A DNA stretch of 64,000 bases from a virus (lineage: Duplodnaviria > Caudoviricetes). The DNA lies in the IMG/VR virus record IMGVR_UViG_3300031853_000032, positions 3,598 through 67,597 of that record, one strand, 5' to 3'. The notes beneath the pieces were generated by a model. The model made no database searches. It was given only the letters and a program-made list of their open reading frames with translations, and was not told the origin of the DNA. The position numbers were made by a program, and so were the translations under genes. Below, in pieces: positions 9,561 through 18,660 of the stretch; the first letter of the stretch is position 1, and the number at the start of each line of letters is the position of its first letter.

Positions 9561-9797
9561 ATGTCATATACGGCAAAACAGGCTGCTGATATTTTAAGAA
9601 AAGCTAAGCCTGATGTTAACATCATCAATTGTTGCGATTATGGTAAAGAGTTTCTTTTTACAGCTCCTAAAAATGGTAGCAAAAATGATATAGATCCATT
9701 TTATCTTATTGATAAGAACACTGGGGCTATCACTGGTTATACAATAGCTGAAGATCCTGATAAGTACTATTCGGCAAAGGATGTTAACTTTGACTAA
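9561..9797 (+). CDS. putative immunity protein (Imm35-like), copy 2
   Basis: AAAGGAG RBS; 'AKQAADIL..CDYGKEFLF..DPFYLIDKNTG.I' fits the recalled helix / ..F.. / P..vdk.tG pattern of Imm35. Confidence 0.55.
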   Translation: MSYTAKQAADILRKAKPDVNIINCCDYGKEFLFTAPKNGSKNDIDPFYLIDKNTGAITGYTIAEDPDKYYSAKDVNFD

Positions 9798-9808
9798 GGA
9801 GGACTAAA

Positions 9809-11140
9809 TTGGCGTTACTAGATAGACTTAAAAATTCCTGGAACGCTTTCATAGGCCGTGATCCTACATTAAACAAGCTACCTGATATATACGATCCTTA
9901 TGGTGCCTATGGAGTTCGTCCAGACAGAGTTCGGTTTACTAGAGGTAACGAACGGTCAATCGTTACTGGAATACTTAATCGAATTTCTGTTGATGCTGCA
10001 CAGATTGACTTCAAACATGTAATGCTTGATAAAGACCGACGTTTTCTTTCCGAAAAGAAATCAGGTCTAAACAATTGCCTTACTATGGAAGCTAATATCG
10101 ATCAGACTGGTAGAGCGCTTATACAAGATATTGTGATGAGTATGCTTGATGAAGGGTGCGTGGCTGTGGTCCCTACTGATACTGGATCAAATCCTTTAAA
10201 GAGCGAAAGTTATGATATTTTAACACTTAGATGCGGCAAGATCGTTGAATGGCGACCAACGCAGGTAAAAGTGCATTTGTATAACGAAAGAACCGGCAAG
10301 AAAGAGGATATTATGCTGCCAAAAAGCATGGTAGCCATAATAGAAAATCCGTTCTATGCTATACTGAATGAACCCAATGCTATATATACTAGGCTCAAAA
10401 AGAAGCTATCACTTCTTGATACGACTGATGAAGAACAGGCTTCTGGAAAACTTAACATGATTCTGCAACTCCCATACATAATAAAGACTGAAGCTAGAAG
10501 ACGACAAGCAGAACAAAGAAGAGCTGATCTCGAAGACCAACTTTCTAGTTCTAAGTACGGTATAGCTTATACAGACGGTACTGAAAAAGTAACTCAGCTT
10601 GGGCATCCTATAGACAATACACTTCTGGAGCAGGTTAAAATGTTTCAGGAGCAGCTTTATTCTGTTATGGGTATAACTCAGTCTATTCTCGATTCTACAG
10701 CTGATGAAAAGACTATGCAGAATTATTACTCAAGGACTATCGAGCCAATCCTCAATGCTATTTGTGACGAGATGAACCGAAAGTTCTTGACAAGTACAGC
10801 TCGAACTCAGGGACAAGCTGTTAGATATTTTAGAGATCCATTTAAGCTTGTGCCGATAACAGAGCTTCCAGACCTTGCTGATAAGATGACAAGGAACGAG
10901 ATCATGACATCTAATGAGTGGCGTCAGATTATTGGTCTCAAACCTGCAGATGATCCTTCGGCTAACGAACTTAGAAATAAGAACATCTCGCAGTCTTCTG
11001 AAGAAATAGCGGCAAAGAACGGTGATAGCCTTTTAGGTGAAGAAACGACAGAACAAGGATCGGAAGGAACCGATGAAATACGACTGGAAAGAAGGTTTGA
11101 CAATCCAGAAGTAGAAAAGTTTATTAATGGATTGGGATGA
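9809..11140 (+). CDS. portal protein (HK97-like)
   Basis: TTG start with AAGGAGG RBS; size, position and motifs (LT.EANIDQTG, LADK.TRNEIMTSNE.RQIIG.KP). Confidence 0.9.
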   Translation: MALLDRLKNSWNAFIGRDPTLNKLPDIYDPYGAYGVRPDRVRFTRGNERSIVTGILNRISVDAAQIDFKHVMLDKDRRFLSEKKSGLNNCLTMEANIDQTGRALIQDIVMSMLDEGCVAVVPTDTGSNPLKSESYDILTLRCGKIVEWRPTQVKVHLYNERTGKKEDIMLPKSMVAIIENPFYAILNEPNAIYTRLKKKLSLLDTTDEEQASGKLNMILQLPYIIKTEARRRQAEQRRADLEDQLSSSKYGIAYTDGTEKVTQLGHPIDNTLLEQVKMFQEQLYSVMGITQSILDSTADEKTMQNYYSRTIEPILNAICDEMNRKFLTSTARTQGQAVRYFRDPFKLVPITELPDLADKMTRNEIMTSNEWRQIIGLKPADDPSANELRNKNISQSSEEIAAKNGDSLLGEETTEQGSEGTDEIRLERRFDNPEVEKFINGLG

Positions 11141-11156
11141 ATAAGGAGAATTCAAA

Positions 11157-13142
11157 ATGAGACGTAAATGTTCATTCCAGGGTTGGGCAACTAAGAATGA
11201 TTTAAGATGCACCGATGGCAGAACAATCAGACGTAACGCATTTGCCTCTCAAGATGGCGACAGGGTTCCTCTTGTTTGGAATCATCAGCATGACAGAATC
11301 GATAATGTAATAGGTCATGCAGATCTTGAAAATCGTGAAGAAGGCGTTTGGGCGTATTGCTATCTAAATGATACCCCACAGGCTAAATATGCAGACATTG
11401 CGATAAAACATGGTGATCTTAATACTCTTTCTATTTATGCCAACAAGCTTAAACAGGTTGGTGGAGATGTTCTGCATGGCGTTATAAGAGAGGTAAGCCT
11501 TGTTCTTGCTGGTGCTAACCCTGGTGCAAAAATACTAGATACATCTATCGCACATGGTGATGATGAATACGGTGAAGCGGTTATCGCATTGTCAGATTCT
11601 GATGAAGATTGCCTTATTCATTACGACTTTGATGATGGCGGTGAAGATTGCGATGCATCTGAAGAACCTAAGCCTGAACCTAAGTCTGAACCTGTGCCCG
11701 AAACTAAAACGGAACCAGTAATTCAGCATGCGGAGGAAAACATGGAAGAAAAAAATAATGCACCTGAAAATGGTGGCGAACAGAAAGAAAAGACAATCGG
11801 CGACGTACTTAATACCATGAATGATGAACAGCTACAGGTGGTTGAAGCTCTGGTTGCTCAGGCTCTTAAAGAAGGGCAGGATGCAAAGAAAGAAGAGCCT
11901 AAAAAAGAAGAATCTGCTGAAGACGAAGATGATGAGGAGGAGTATATGAAACACAATGTTTTTGACAGCGATTATGAGAACAATAACCCCTTCGTTCTTA
12001 CAAATGACGATCAGGCAGCTATTATCGCTGATGCTGAGAACTATGGTGGATCACTTAAGAGATCTTGGATAGCACATGCAAATGCTATGGGAATTGATGC
12101 AAACGCACTTCAGCATGATGCAGATTCTGATGCTGGTATTACAAGATCACTTCATGTTGGTGATACTGGCGCGCAGACATATGGTGTAACTGAGCCTTCT
12201 TTCCTGTTCCCGGAAGCACATGCTCTTAACACAACTCCTTATATGATCCAGAGACGCCAGGAGTGGGTTGCTAAGGTATTTAACGCAGCTAAGCACGTTC
12301 CTTATGGCAGAATTAAGAGCCTGTTTGCTGATATCACAATGGACGAAGCAAGGGCTAAGGGCTATGTAAAGGGAACTGAGAAGCAGGAAGAAGTATTTGA
12401 GCTCTTGAAGAGAATCACCCTGCCTACAACCGTTTACAAGAAACAGAAGATCGACCGTGATGATACAATTGATATTACAGATTTCGATATGGTTGCATTC
12501 ATTAAGGGTGAGATGAGAGTAATGCTGGATGAAGAACTCTCTCGTGCCGTTCTGCTTGGTGATGGAAGAGCTGCTTCTTCTAACGATAAGATTAAGGAAG
12601 ATTGCATCCGTCCTATCTGGAAAGATGCTGATCTGTTCGTAATCAATAAGACTTTCGTAGCATCCGCTGATACTGATGAAGAGAAAGCTGCTAAAGCTGA
12701 TTGCAAGGCATTTAGACGTGCTGCTATCAAAGCTCGTAAGGATTATAAGGGAACTGGAAATCCTGTTCTGTTCACAACCGCTGATAGAGTATCTGACTTC
12801 CTGCTCATGGAGAATGAGATCGGAGAAGCTAAGTATAAGACACTTGCCGAGCTTGCATCAGCACTTAGAGTTCGTGACATCGTTGAAGTTCCTGTTATGG
12901 AAGGTCAGACAAGAGTTGTTAACGGTCAGACAAGAAATCTCGAAGGTATTATTGTCAACATGGCTGACTACACAATCGGCGCTGACAAGGGTGGAGCTGT
13001 TTCGATGTTTGACGACTTCGACATCAACTTCAACCAGATGATTTACCTGATTGAGACAAGATGCTGCGGAGCTCTTACAATTCCGAAGTCTGCTATCGTT
13101 ATTGAGTCTACTAATAACGCTGACGGTTCTATCTCCGGCTGA
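11157..13142 (+). CDS. prohead protease-scaffold-major capsid protein fusion (HK97 fold)
   Basis: N-terminal 'VPLVWNH.H' and 'SIYA..EVSLV..GANPGA' protease motifs; acidic linker; C-terminal capsid 'FDDFDINFNQMIYLIETRCCGAL'. Confidence 0.9.
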   Translation: MRRKCSFQGWATKNDLRCTDGRTIRRNAFASQDGDRVPLVWNHQHDRIDNVIGHADLENREEGVWAYCYLNDTPQAKYADIAIKHGDLNTLSIYANKLKQVGGDVLHGVIREVSLVLAGANPGAKILDTSIAHGDDEYGEAVIALSDSDEDCLIHYDFDDGGEDCDASEEPKPEPKSEPVPETKTEPVIQHAEENMEEKNNAPENGGEQKEKTIGDVLNTMNDEQLQVVEALVAQALKEGQDAKKEEPKKEESAEDEDDEEEYMKHNVFDSDYENNNPFVLTNDDQAAIIADAENYGGSLKRSWIAHANAMGIDANALQHDADSDAGITRSLHVGDTGAQTYGVTEPSFLFPEAHALNTTPYMIQRRQEWVAKVFNAAKHVPYGRIKSLFADITMDEARAKGYVKGTEKQEEVFELLKRITLPTTVYKKQKIDRDDTIDITDFDMVAFIKGEMRVMLDEELSRAVLLGDGRAASSNDKIKEDCIRPIWKDADLFVINKTFVASADTDEEKAAKADCKAFRRAAIKARKDYKGTGNPVLFTTADRVSDFLLMENEIGEAKYKTLAELASALRVRDIVEVPVMEGQTRVVNGQTRNLEGIIVNMADYTIGADKGGAVSMFDDFDINFNQMIYLIETRCCGALTIPKSAIVIESTNNADGSISG

Positions 13143-13179
13143 TAATTTAAGGCCATTTTTCTTACTTCTATCCTATAAA

Positions 13180-13254
13180 GTACCGGTTGCATACGTTTGA
13201 TCATAGGTATGACGTAATATGCGGATCTGACCACAATGTTTAGCTTTCCGGTAC
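13180..13254 (+). other. structured intergenic element after the capsid gene
   Basis: closing stem GTACCGG/CCGGTAC with internal GCA-TACG..TCAT/ATGA-CGTA..TGC helix. Confidence 0.4.
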
Positions 13255-13288
13255 AATTAAAAATTCAAAATGGGGGTAAATCTATACA

Positions 13289-13531
13289 ATGTTCAAGATA
13301 ACCATTGTTTTGACAAATACAAAAAATCCGTTTGCAACTGAATGCGAAAATTATAACCTTACAAATTCTGTTCTTAGAATTGTTAAGGATTCAGAAACTC
13401 AGCACGCTATAACAATTCCTCGTGAGAATATTATAATGTTTGATTCATACAAGATACCTGAGAATGAAGCTTCTGGTGATAAGACTGCAAATGAAGATGC
13501 GGCTTACGACATAGACAATTCACCGGAATAA
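13289..13531 (+). CDS. hypothetical protein
   Basis: ORF track; GGGGGT RBS-like sequence. Confidence 0.55.
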   Translation: MFKITIVLTNTKNPFATECENYNLTNSVLRIVKDSETQHAITIPRENIIMFDSYKIPENEASGDKTANEDAAYDIDNSPE

Positions 13532-13553
13532 ATTAATCTAAGGAGGATAAACC

Positions 13554-13970
13554 ATGTCGGGATTCACTTTTACTCGGGGTACAACTCCTGGATTTAGGCT
13601 GGTTTTTCCTGCTGACAATCCAATAGACGAATACACAACCATTGAACTTGGATTTAGTCAGATTTCCACAGTTAATGGTTATAGACAGATAAAGAAAAGC
13701 GTAACTCTTATGCCTACACAGAGGGAAATTGCATCAAACTCTGTTCATTATAGGCTTAGTCAGTATGATTCTCTTAAATTTGAGCCTGGTCAGGTTGATC
13801 TTCAGGTAGCAATTGTGAAATCGAATGGCGCATGTTACAAGTCAAGGATTTACAGAATCATAAATGTAAGAGATACCGTAATAGACTCTAGAGTTCCTGA
13901 TAAAGATTCTACTTATGTTGAACCAGCACCTGAACCCGAACCAGAACCAACCGAACCGACAACGCCATAA
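13554..13970 (+). CDS. putative structural protein (BppU-N-like)
   Basis: AAGGAGG RBS; 'RGTTP' N-terminal motif typical of baseplate/fibre adaptor domains; EPEP tail. Confidence 0.45.
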   Translation: MSGFTFTRGTTPGFRLVFPADNPIDEYTTIELGFSQISTVNGYRQIKKSVTLMPTQREIASNSVHYRLSQYDSLKFEPGQVDLQVAIVKSNGACYKSRIYRIINVRDTVIDSRVPDKDSTYVEPAPEPEPEPTEPTTP

Positions 13971-13984
13971 CGAGAGGTGACCTG

Positions 13985-16297
13985 ATGGATGATTATATTG
14001 TAGATGGATTGTTAGATTTAACTTTTATATCTGATGAATCTGAGCCTCTCATGGATATTCCGATTCAGGTAACGTCTGATGAATCTGGGCCTCTCCTTGA
14101 AATTCCGGTTCAGATAATAGATGACCCGACAATGGCTGCTGCTGAGATACATTTGAATGAAGTTCTGATGCTAGAAATTGAGAGGGCTCAGAATACAGAA
14201 ACAAACATTGCGAATAACTTAGCAGCCGAAATACTTAGATCTACAGGCCTTGACACAGAGCATACTAATGCTATAAATGTGTTAAATGGCGATGAGACAA
14301 CTCCTGGTTCTGTTAAGAAAACAGTAGCGGATGAAATAGCTAAAGTTATTGCTGGAGCTCCAGAATCATTCGATACGTTAAAAGAGCTTGCCGATTGGAT
14401 AAGCTATAACGAAACAGATGCCGCTGGTATGAACAGTCGAATTATTGCAAATAAGAATGCAATAGATAATGAAGTTGTGGCTGCTAGGGCTGCTGAGGAT
14501 AGTCTTAGTACAAGGATTACGAATGAAGTTTCGAGAGCAACTGCTGCTGAACAAGCTCTTGGTAATCTTTTACAGTCATATGTCGACACCATACCAGAAA
14601 TAACCATAGTAGCAAACAACATCGAAAATGTAAATGACGTAGCTGAGGGTATTTCGACTATAAATACACTTGCTTCCGATCTTACAAATGTTGATACTGT
14701 AGCAGGATCTATTTCAAACGTAAACGCTACAGGATCAGATATAGCAAACGTTAATACTGTAGCTTCCGATCTTACAAATGTTGATATTTTAGCTACATCT
14801 ATTGCAAATGTCGACACCGTAGCAGCATCTATATCAGATGTTAATGCTGTTTCTTCTGACATAGCAAATGTTAATTCTGTAGTTTCCGATCTTACGAACA
14901 TTGATGCTGTAGCTGGATCTATTGCAAATGTCAACACTGTATCAGCTTCTATTGCTAGTGTTAATGCTGTTGCTACTAACATCTCTGGCATCACTTTGGT
15001 ATCTAACGATCTTACAAACATTGATGCTGTAGCTGGGGCTATTTCTACTATTAACACAGTTGCTGGTGATCTTACAAATGTTGATATTTTAGCAAGCAGC
15101 ATATCAGACATAAATAGTGTAAGTGATTCGATAAGCGACATTACCACAGTATCTGCTAGCATAGCTGATGTTAGTGCCGTTGCTAATAATTTGTCTGATA
15201 TTCGTGCTGCTGTTCAGAGTGCAGAAGATGCTGAAGCGTGGGCTGTAGGTACTATTGGTGGTGTACCAGTCGCATCTTCTGCCGAACAGCATGAAAATAA
15301 TTCCAAATATTACGCCGAGCTTGCGGAATCTATTGCCTCCGATATTAATTCTATTGAAGTTACAACCATGCCTACGGCTTCAGCAGAACTTGTTAATCAG
15401 GTTAGAATCTATATCGGTCAGACCACATCCACTTATACATCTGGTCAGAGCTATCAGTGTATTGAAGATCCCGAAAATGCAGGTGTTTATATTTGGGAAC
15501 CTACAGCGTCAAAAGTAACTGTTGATAACGTAACAATTCAGGAAAACGCAAGTGGTCAGCTCGAAACCGTTGTTAAGATATGGGATGGAAGTAGCGCTGA
15601 TTGGAAAGCTTTAAGCTCAGAAGAAAAATCCAAGTGGACTATTGTTAACATAACGGATGACGCTGACGATACATCGACCATTGAAACACAAATTCAAGCG
15701 TTGACAAATTCAGTAAATACAAATACTGGTAACATCCAAACGTTAACAAATACTGTAAATACAAATTCTGACAACATTGCAGATGACAATGATGAATACA
15801 ATTCCAATCATAATTATGTGGTGGGTGAATATTGTATTAGTCCAGATGATGGTACCTTACAAAAGTGCGTAGTTGCGACATCAGGAGGATCATGGGCTAC
15901 TGTTAAAGATACGTGCTTTACAAAAGATTCGTTAACCAATGTGGTTAAAACTTTGAATTCTAAGTTAAGTGACTTATGCGTTGGCGTATATGTGCATAAA
16001 TATTTCAATTCCTCTAAAGATTTTGTGTACACAGGAATTTCGTATGTGGCACCTGATGACGGATATTATTGCCTCACTTTTCAAGCCTTTTTTAACCAAG
16101 CAAAGCCGGATATCGTTGCAGTGTCAAGAAAAGAGTCACGATATGATGAAATATCTTCTGCCGTTGTTGGACGTAACATGGCTACATGCCCGGTTATCAT
16201 GCATTTATATAAAGGAAACTCATTATTCGTATGGGCAAAATATAGTTTAGCAGTCGAGAACAGTATTATTATTTACGGTTTTTACATAAAAGCGTAA
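13985..16297 (+). CDS. fibre / receptor-binding protein with heptad coiled-coil repeats
   Basis: 'GAPESFDTLKELADWI' fibre motif; about 30 heptads of the NVNTVAS/I type; C-terminal beta-rich domain after 'LTNVV..LNSKL'. Confidence 0.7.
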   Translation: MDDYIVDGLLDLTFISDESEPLMDIPIQVTSDESGPLLEIPVQIIDDPTMAAAEIHLNEVLMLEIERAQNTETNIANNLAAEILRSTGLDTEHTNAINVLNGDETTPGSVKKTVADEIAKVIAGAPESFDTLKELADWISYNETDAAGMNSRIIANKNAIDNEVVAARAAEDSLSTRITNEVSRATAAEQALGNLLQSYVDTIPEITIVANNIENVNDVAEGISTINTLASDLTNVDTVAGSISNVNATGSDIANVNTVASDLTNVDILATSIANVDTVAASISDVNAVSSDIANVNSVVSDLTNIDAVAGSIANVNTVSASIASVNAVATNISGITLVSNDLTNIDAVAGAISTINTVAGDLTNVDILASSISDINSVSDSISDITTVSASIADVSAVANNLSDIRAAVQSAEDAEAWAVGTIGGVPVASSAEQHENNSKYYAELAESIASDINSIEVTTMPTASAELVNQVRIYIGQTTSTYTSGQSYQCIEDPENAGVYIWEPTASKVTVDNVTIQENASGQLETVVKIWDGSSADWKALSSEEKSKWTIVNITDDADDTSTIETQIQALTNSVNTNTGNIQTLTNTVNTNSDNIADDNDEYNSNHNYVVGEYCISPDDGTLQKCVVATSGGSWATVKDTCFTKDSLTNVVKTLNSKLSDLCVGVYVHKYFNSSKDFVYTGISYVAPDDGYYCLTFQAFFNQAKPDIVAVSRKESRYDEISSAVVGRNMATCPVIMHLYKGNSLFVWAKYSLAVENSIIIYGFYIKA

Positions 16298-16382
16298 TCA
16301 TATTTGACGTTAACTTTTAAACAATAGTACTACTATTTTTAATCCATTCCGCTGAAAATTAGGCTATATCTTGACATCTTGT
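16291..16382 (+). repeat. 92-bp direct repeat copy A (includes last codon and stop of 13985..16297)
   Basis: about 81/92 identical to 17810-17901 by manual alignment; contains TTGACA. Confidence 0.9.
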
Positions 16383-16416
16383 TTGGCGGCGGACGAAAAT
16401 AGAAAGGAGAAAACAA

Positions 16417-16680
16417 ATGAAGTACAATCTTATCAAATTTACCAGGAACACAAAAGAACAATATGTAGTACAGGCAAGCACATATGATACTATTGATCTT
16501 GCCAAGGTTGCATATCATCAGTCACTTGCAACTCTGCATAACGCATCTGATGTAAAAGTTGCTGTAGTAAAGATTGAGGATGAGTTTGGTCACGAATTAC
16601 CAGGATTTAGTGAGGTAGTTGATCATACTCCTGAACCTGAACCCGAGCCCGAGCCGGAACCTGAACCCGAAATGCAATAG
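16417..16680 (+). CDS. hypothetical protein (EPEP tail)
   Basis: AAAGGAG RBS; ORF track. Confidence 0.7.
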   Translation: MKYNLIKFTRNTKEQYVVQASTYDTIDLAKVAYHQSLATLHNASDVKVAVVKIEDEFGHELPGFSEVVDHTPEPEPEPEPEPEPEMQ

Positions 16681-16709
16681 TTTAGTATAAGAAGGGAGCT
16701 GGGTTTTTA

Positions 16710-17816
16710 ATGAGTGTTAATATATACGACTCAAACACTGGTCAACTGCAAAAGATTGCAGGATTGTTAGAAAATGAAAATATTGGAGTTCCCAAAGCTG
16801 GAACCTACACATCTGACAATAGTTCTAACGCAGATAACATAAAAGCTCTCGATACAGCACTTGTCAATATTAATCAGGCAGTATCTAATGTTGTTGGTAA
16901 AGTTTCAAACAACTCAGACGCATATTCTGACCTCAAAGCCTATAAAACAGGTGATTTAGTTATCTATGATAACATGCTCTACGCATGTACACAGGATTGC
17001 TCAGCAGCTTCGTGGCTTGTTAACAGTAGCTGTTTTACTGCGGATACACTAACCAATGTGGTTAGTAAGTTACACCTTGATGTATCCAATGTCATCGCCG
17101 ACGGAGCAGGAGCTCACAATGCGATATATCGAGGGAAGAACCTCGGCACATCGGTCACAGCCGAGCAGTATGCATCTATCGCTGATGGAACATTTAAAGA
17201 TCTGTTAATAGGCGACTACTGGATAATCAACGGAGTAACATGGCGTATCGCCGCCTTTGATTATTGGTACAACATAGCCGGAGATAACATCGATGTTCAC
17301 CACGTTGTCATAGTGCCGGATGAAGTCCTCGCAATGTGCCAAATGAATTCAACAAATGTAACTACAGGCGGATATGTCGGATCTGATTTTTACACTGGCG
17401 CAAACGGAAATACCGGCCGCGCTACAGCCATATCAGCAGTAAATAGCGCTTTCGGCGCAGCTCATATCCTGCACTATAATGATTATCTGATAAACGCGGT
17501 TACAGACGGACATCCATCCGGCCATGTATGGCGGGAATGTACTGTTGAGCTGATGAATGAAGCGATGGTTTATGGCGGTAAATTCTTTGAATCCATGGCT
17601 AACGGTACTAAAATTTATTCGAACTACACCGTTTCAAAATCACAGCTCCCGCTCTTCCAGCATGATCACTCGCGAATCTGCAACCGTGCGGACTGGTGGC
17701 TGCGTGGCGTCGTTTCGTCTGTGGGTTTCGCCAGTGTCAGCGACTATGGGAATGCGATCAGCCTCAGCGCTTCGCACTCTTGTGGCGTTCGCCCGGCCTT
17801 TGCGATCCGAGCGTAA
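16710..17816 (+). CDS. receptor-binding protein with C-type-lectin-fold (DUF6273-like) DGR-target-type C-terminus
   Basis: 'GTFKDL.IGDYW.I.G..WRIA.FDY' and terminal 'WWLR.V.S...FA.V...G.A....AS.S.GVRPAF' motifs; visibly more GC-rich than the flanks. Confidence 0.75.
   Translation: MSVNIYDSNTGQLQKIAGLLENENIGVPKAGTYTSDNSSNADNIKALDTALVNINQAVSNVVGKVSNNSDAYSDLKAYKTGDLVIYDNMLYACTQDCSAASWLVNSSCFTADTLTNVVSKLHLDVSNVIADGAGAHNAIYRGKNLGTSVTAEQYASIADGTFKDLLIGDYWIINGVTWRIAAFDYWYNIAGDNIDVHHVVIVPDEVLAMCQMNSTNVTTGGYVGSDFYTGANGNTGRATAISAVNSAFGAAHILHYNDYLINAVTDGHPSGHVWRECTVELMNEAMVYGGKFFESMANGTKIYSNYTVSKSQLPLFQHDHSRICNRADWWLRGVVSSVGFASVSDYGNAISLSASHSCGVRPAFAIRA
17682..17808 (+). other. candidate DGR variable repeat
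   Basis: variable codons AGT,AGC,GAC,TAT,ATC,AGC,CTC,AGC,CAC,TGT are all NN(C/T), as expected from AAC/AAT templates; ends in GGCGTTCGCCCG. Confidence 0.55.
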
Positions 17817-17901
17817 GCGAATTTGATGTTAACTTTTAAACAATAGCACTTCTAATTTTAACCATTTCCGCTGAAAATTAGGCTGTATCTTGACATCTTG
17901 T
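17810..17901 (+). repeat. 92-bp direct repeat copy B (includes last codon and stop of 16710..17816)
   Basis: matches 16291-16382. Confidence 0.9.
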
Positions 17902-18165
17902 ATTGCGTTTAGACCAGATAACACGTACATCTAAAACCCCCAACTTTGCAGATCTGGTATTTGGTACAGCCTATTTTTCTATATAATCCACCCTAATTTC
18001 ACATCATGTAACGAAAACCCATCTTTTTAGAAAGGAGTTTTTTATGCATAACAACTCATCCTGAATAACCTTATCATAGTAGTACAACTGAATATTGGAC
18101 AAACAGGCAACCCGGAATATGTGGACCTCATAGTTTATACATAAACAAGAACAGAGGATGTACAA

Positions 18166-18660
18166 ATGCCAAATTATGGTTTAGGTCAAAACCCGTATTG
18201 GAACCCATATTACAACTTTAATGTAAATCAAGCTATGCCTCAGATGGTTCCGCAGCAAATCCCTCAACAGCAGCAACAGCAATCTCAAGTTTATCTGGTT
18301 ACGAAAGTAAAAGGTTTAGAGGGAGCTAATGCTTTTCCTATGGGTCCGAATCAACAGGTGTTTTTACTAGATGAGACAGGACTGGTTGCTTACTATAAGG
18401 AAACTGATGCTATGGGACGCGTATCTATAGCACCTTATTATTACAACGCTCCTAATGCAATGCAGCCTAAGATCGAGCAACCTGTCGAAATTCAAAATGA
18501 TGTAAAATCAGATAGAGTATCAGACCTTCAAAAGGAACTTGAGGCATTAAAAGAAAGAACAGCTGTATTAGAGAGGTGTATAACACATGGTAAATCCAAT
18601 TCTGGGCAATCAGAACGCAAACCTGAATCTAAACACACAGATGATTCAGCAGTTTCGTAA
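18166..18660 (+). CDS. hypothetical Q/N/P-rich protein (cluster gene 1)
   Basis: AGAGGA RBS; 'V.G.EGA.AFP..PN..V.LLD' pattern. Confidence 0.75.
   Translation: MPNYGLGQNPYWNPYYNFNVNQAMPQMVPQQIPQQQQQQSQVYLVTKVKGLEGANAFPMGPNQQVFLLDETGLVAYYKETDAMGRVSIAPYYYNAPNAMQPKIEQPVEIQNDVKSDRVSDLQKELEALKERTAVLERCITHGKSNSGQSERKPESKHTDDSAVS

Noticed and set aside
14404-15162. 252-aa minus-strand ORF
   Set aside because: Shadow of the heptad repeat in the fibre gene
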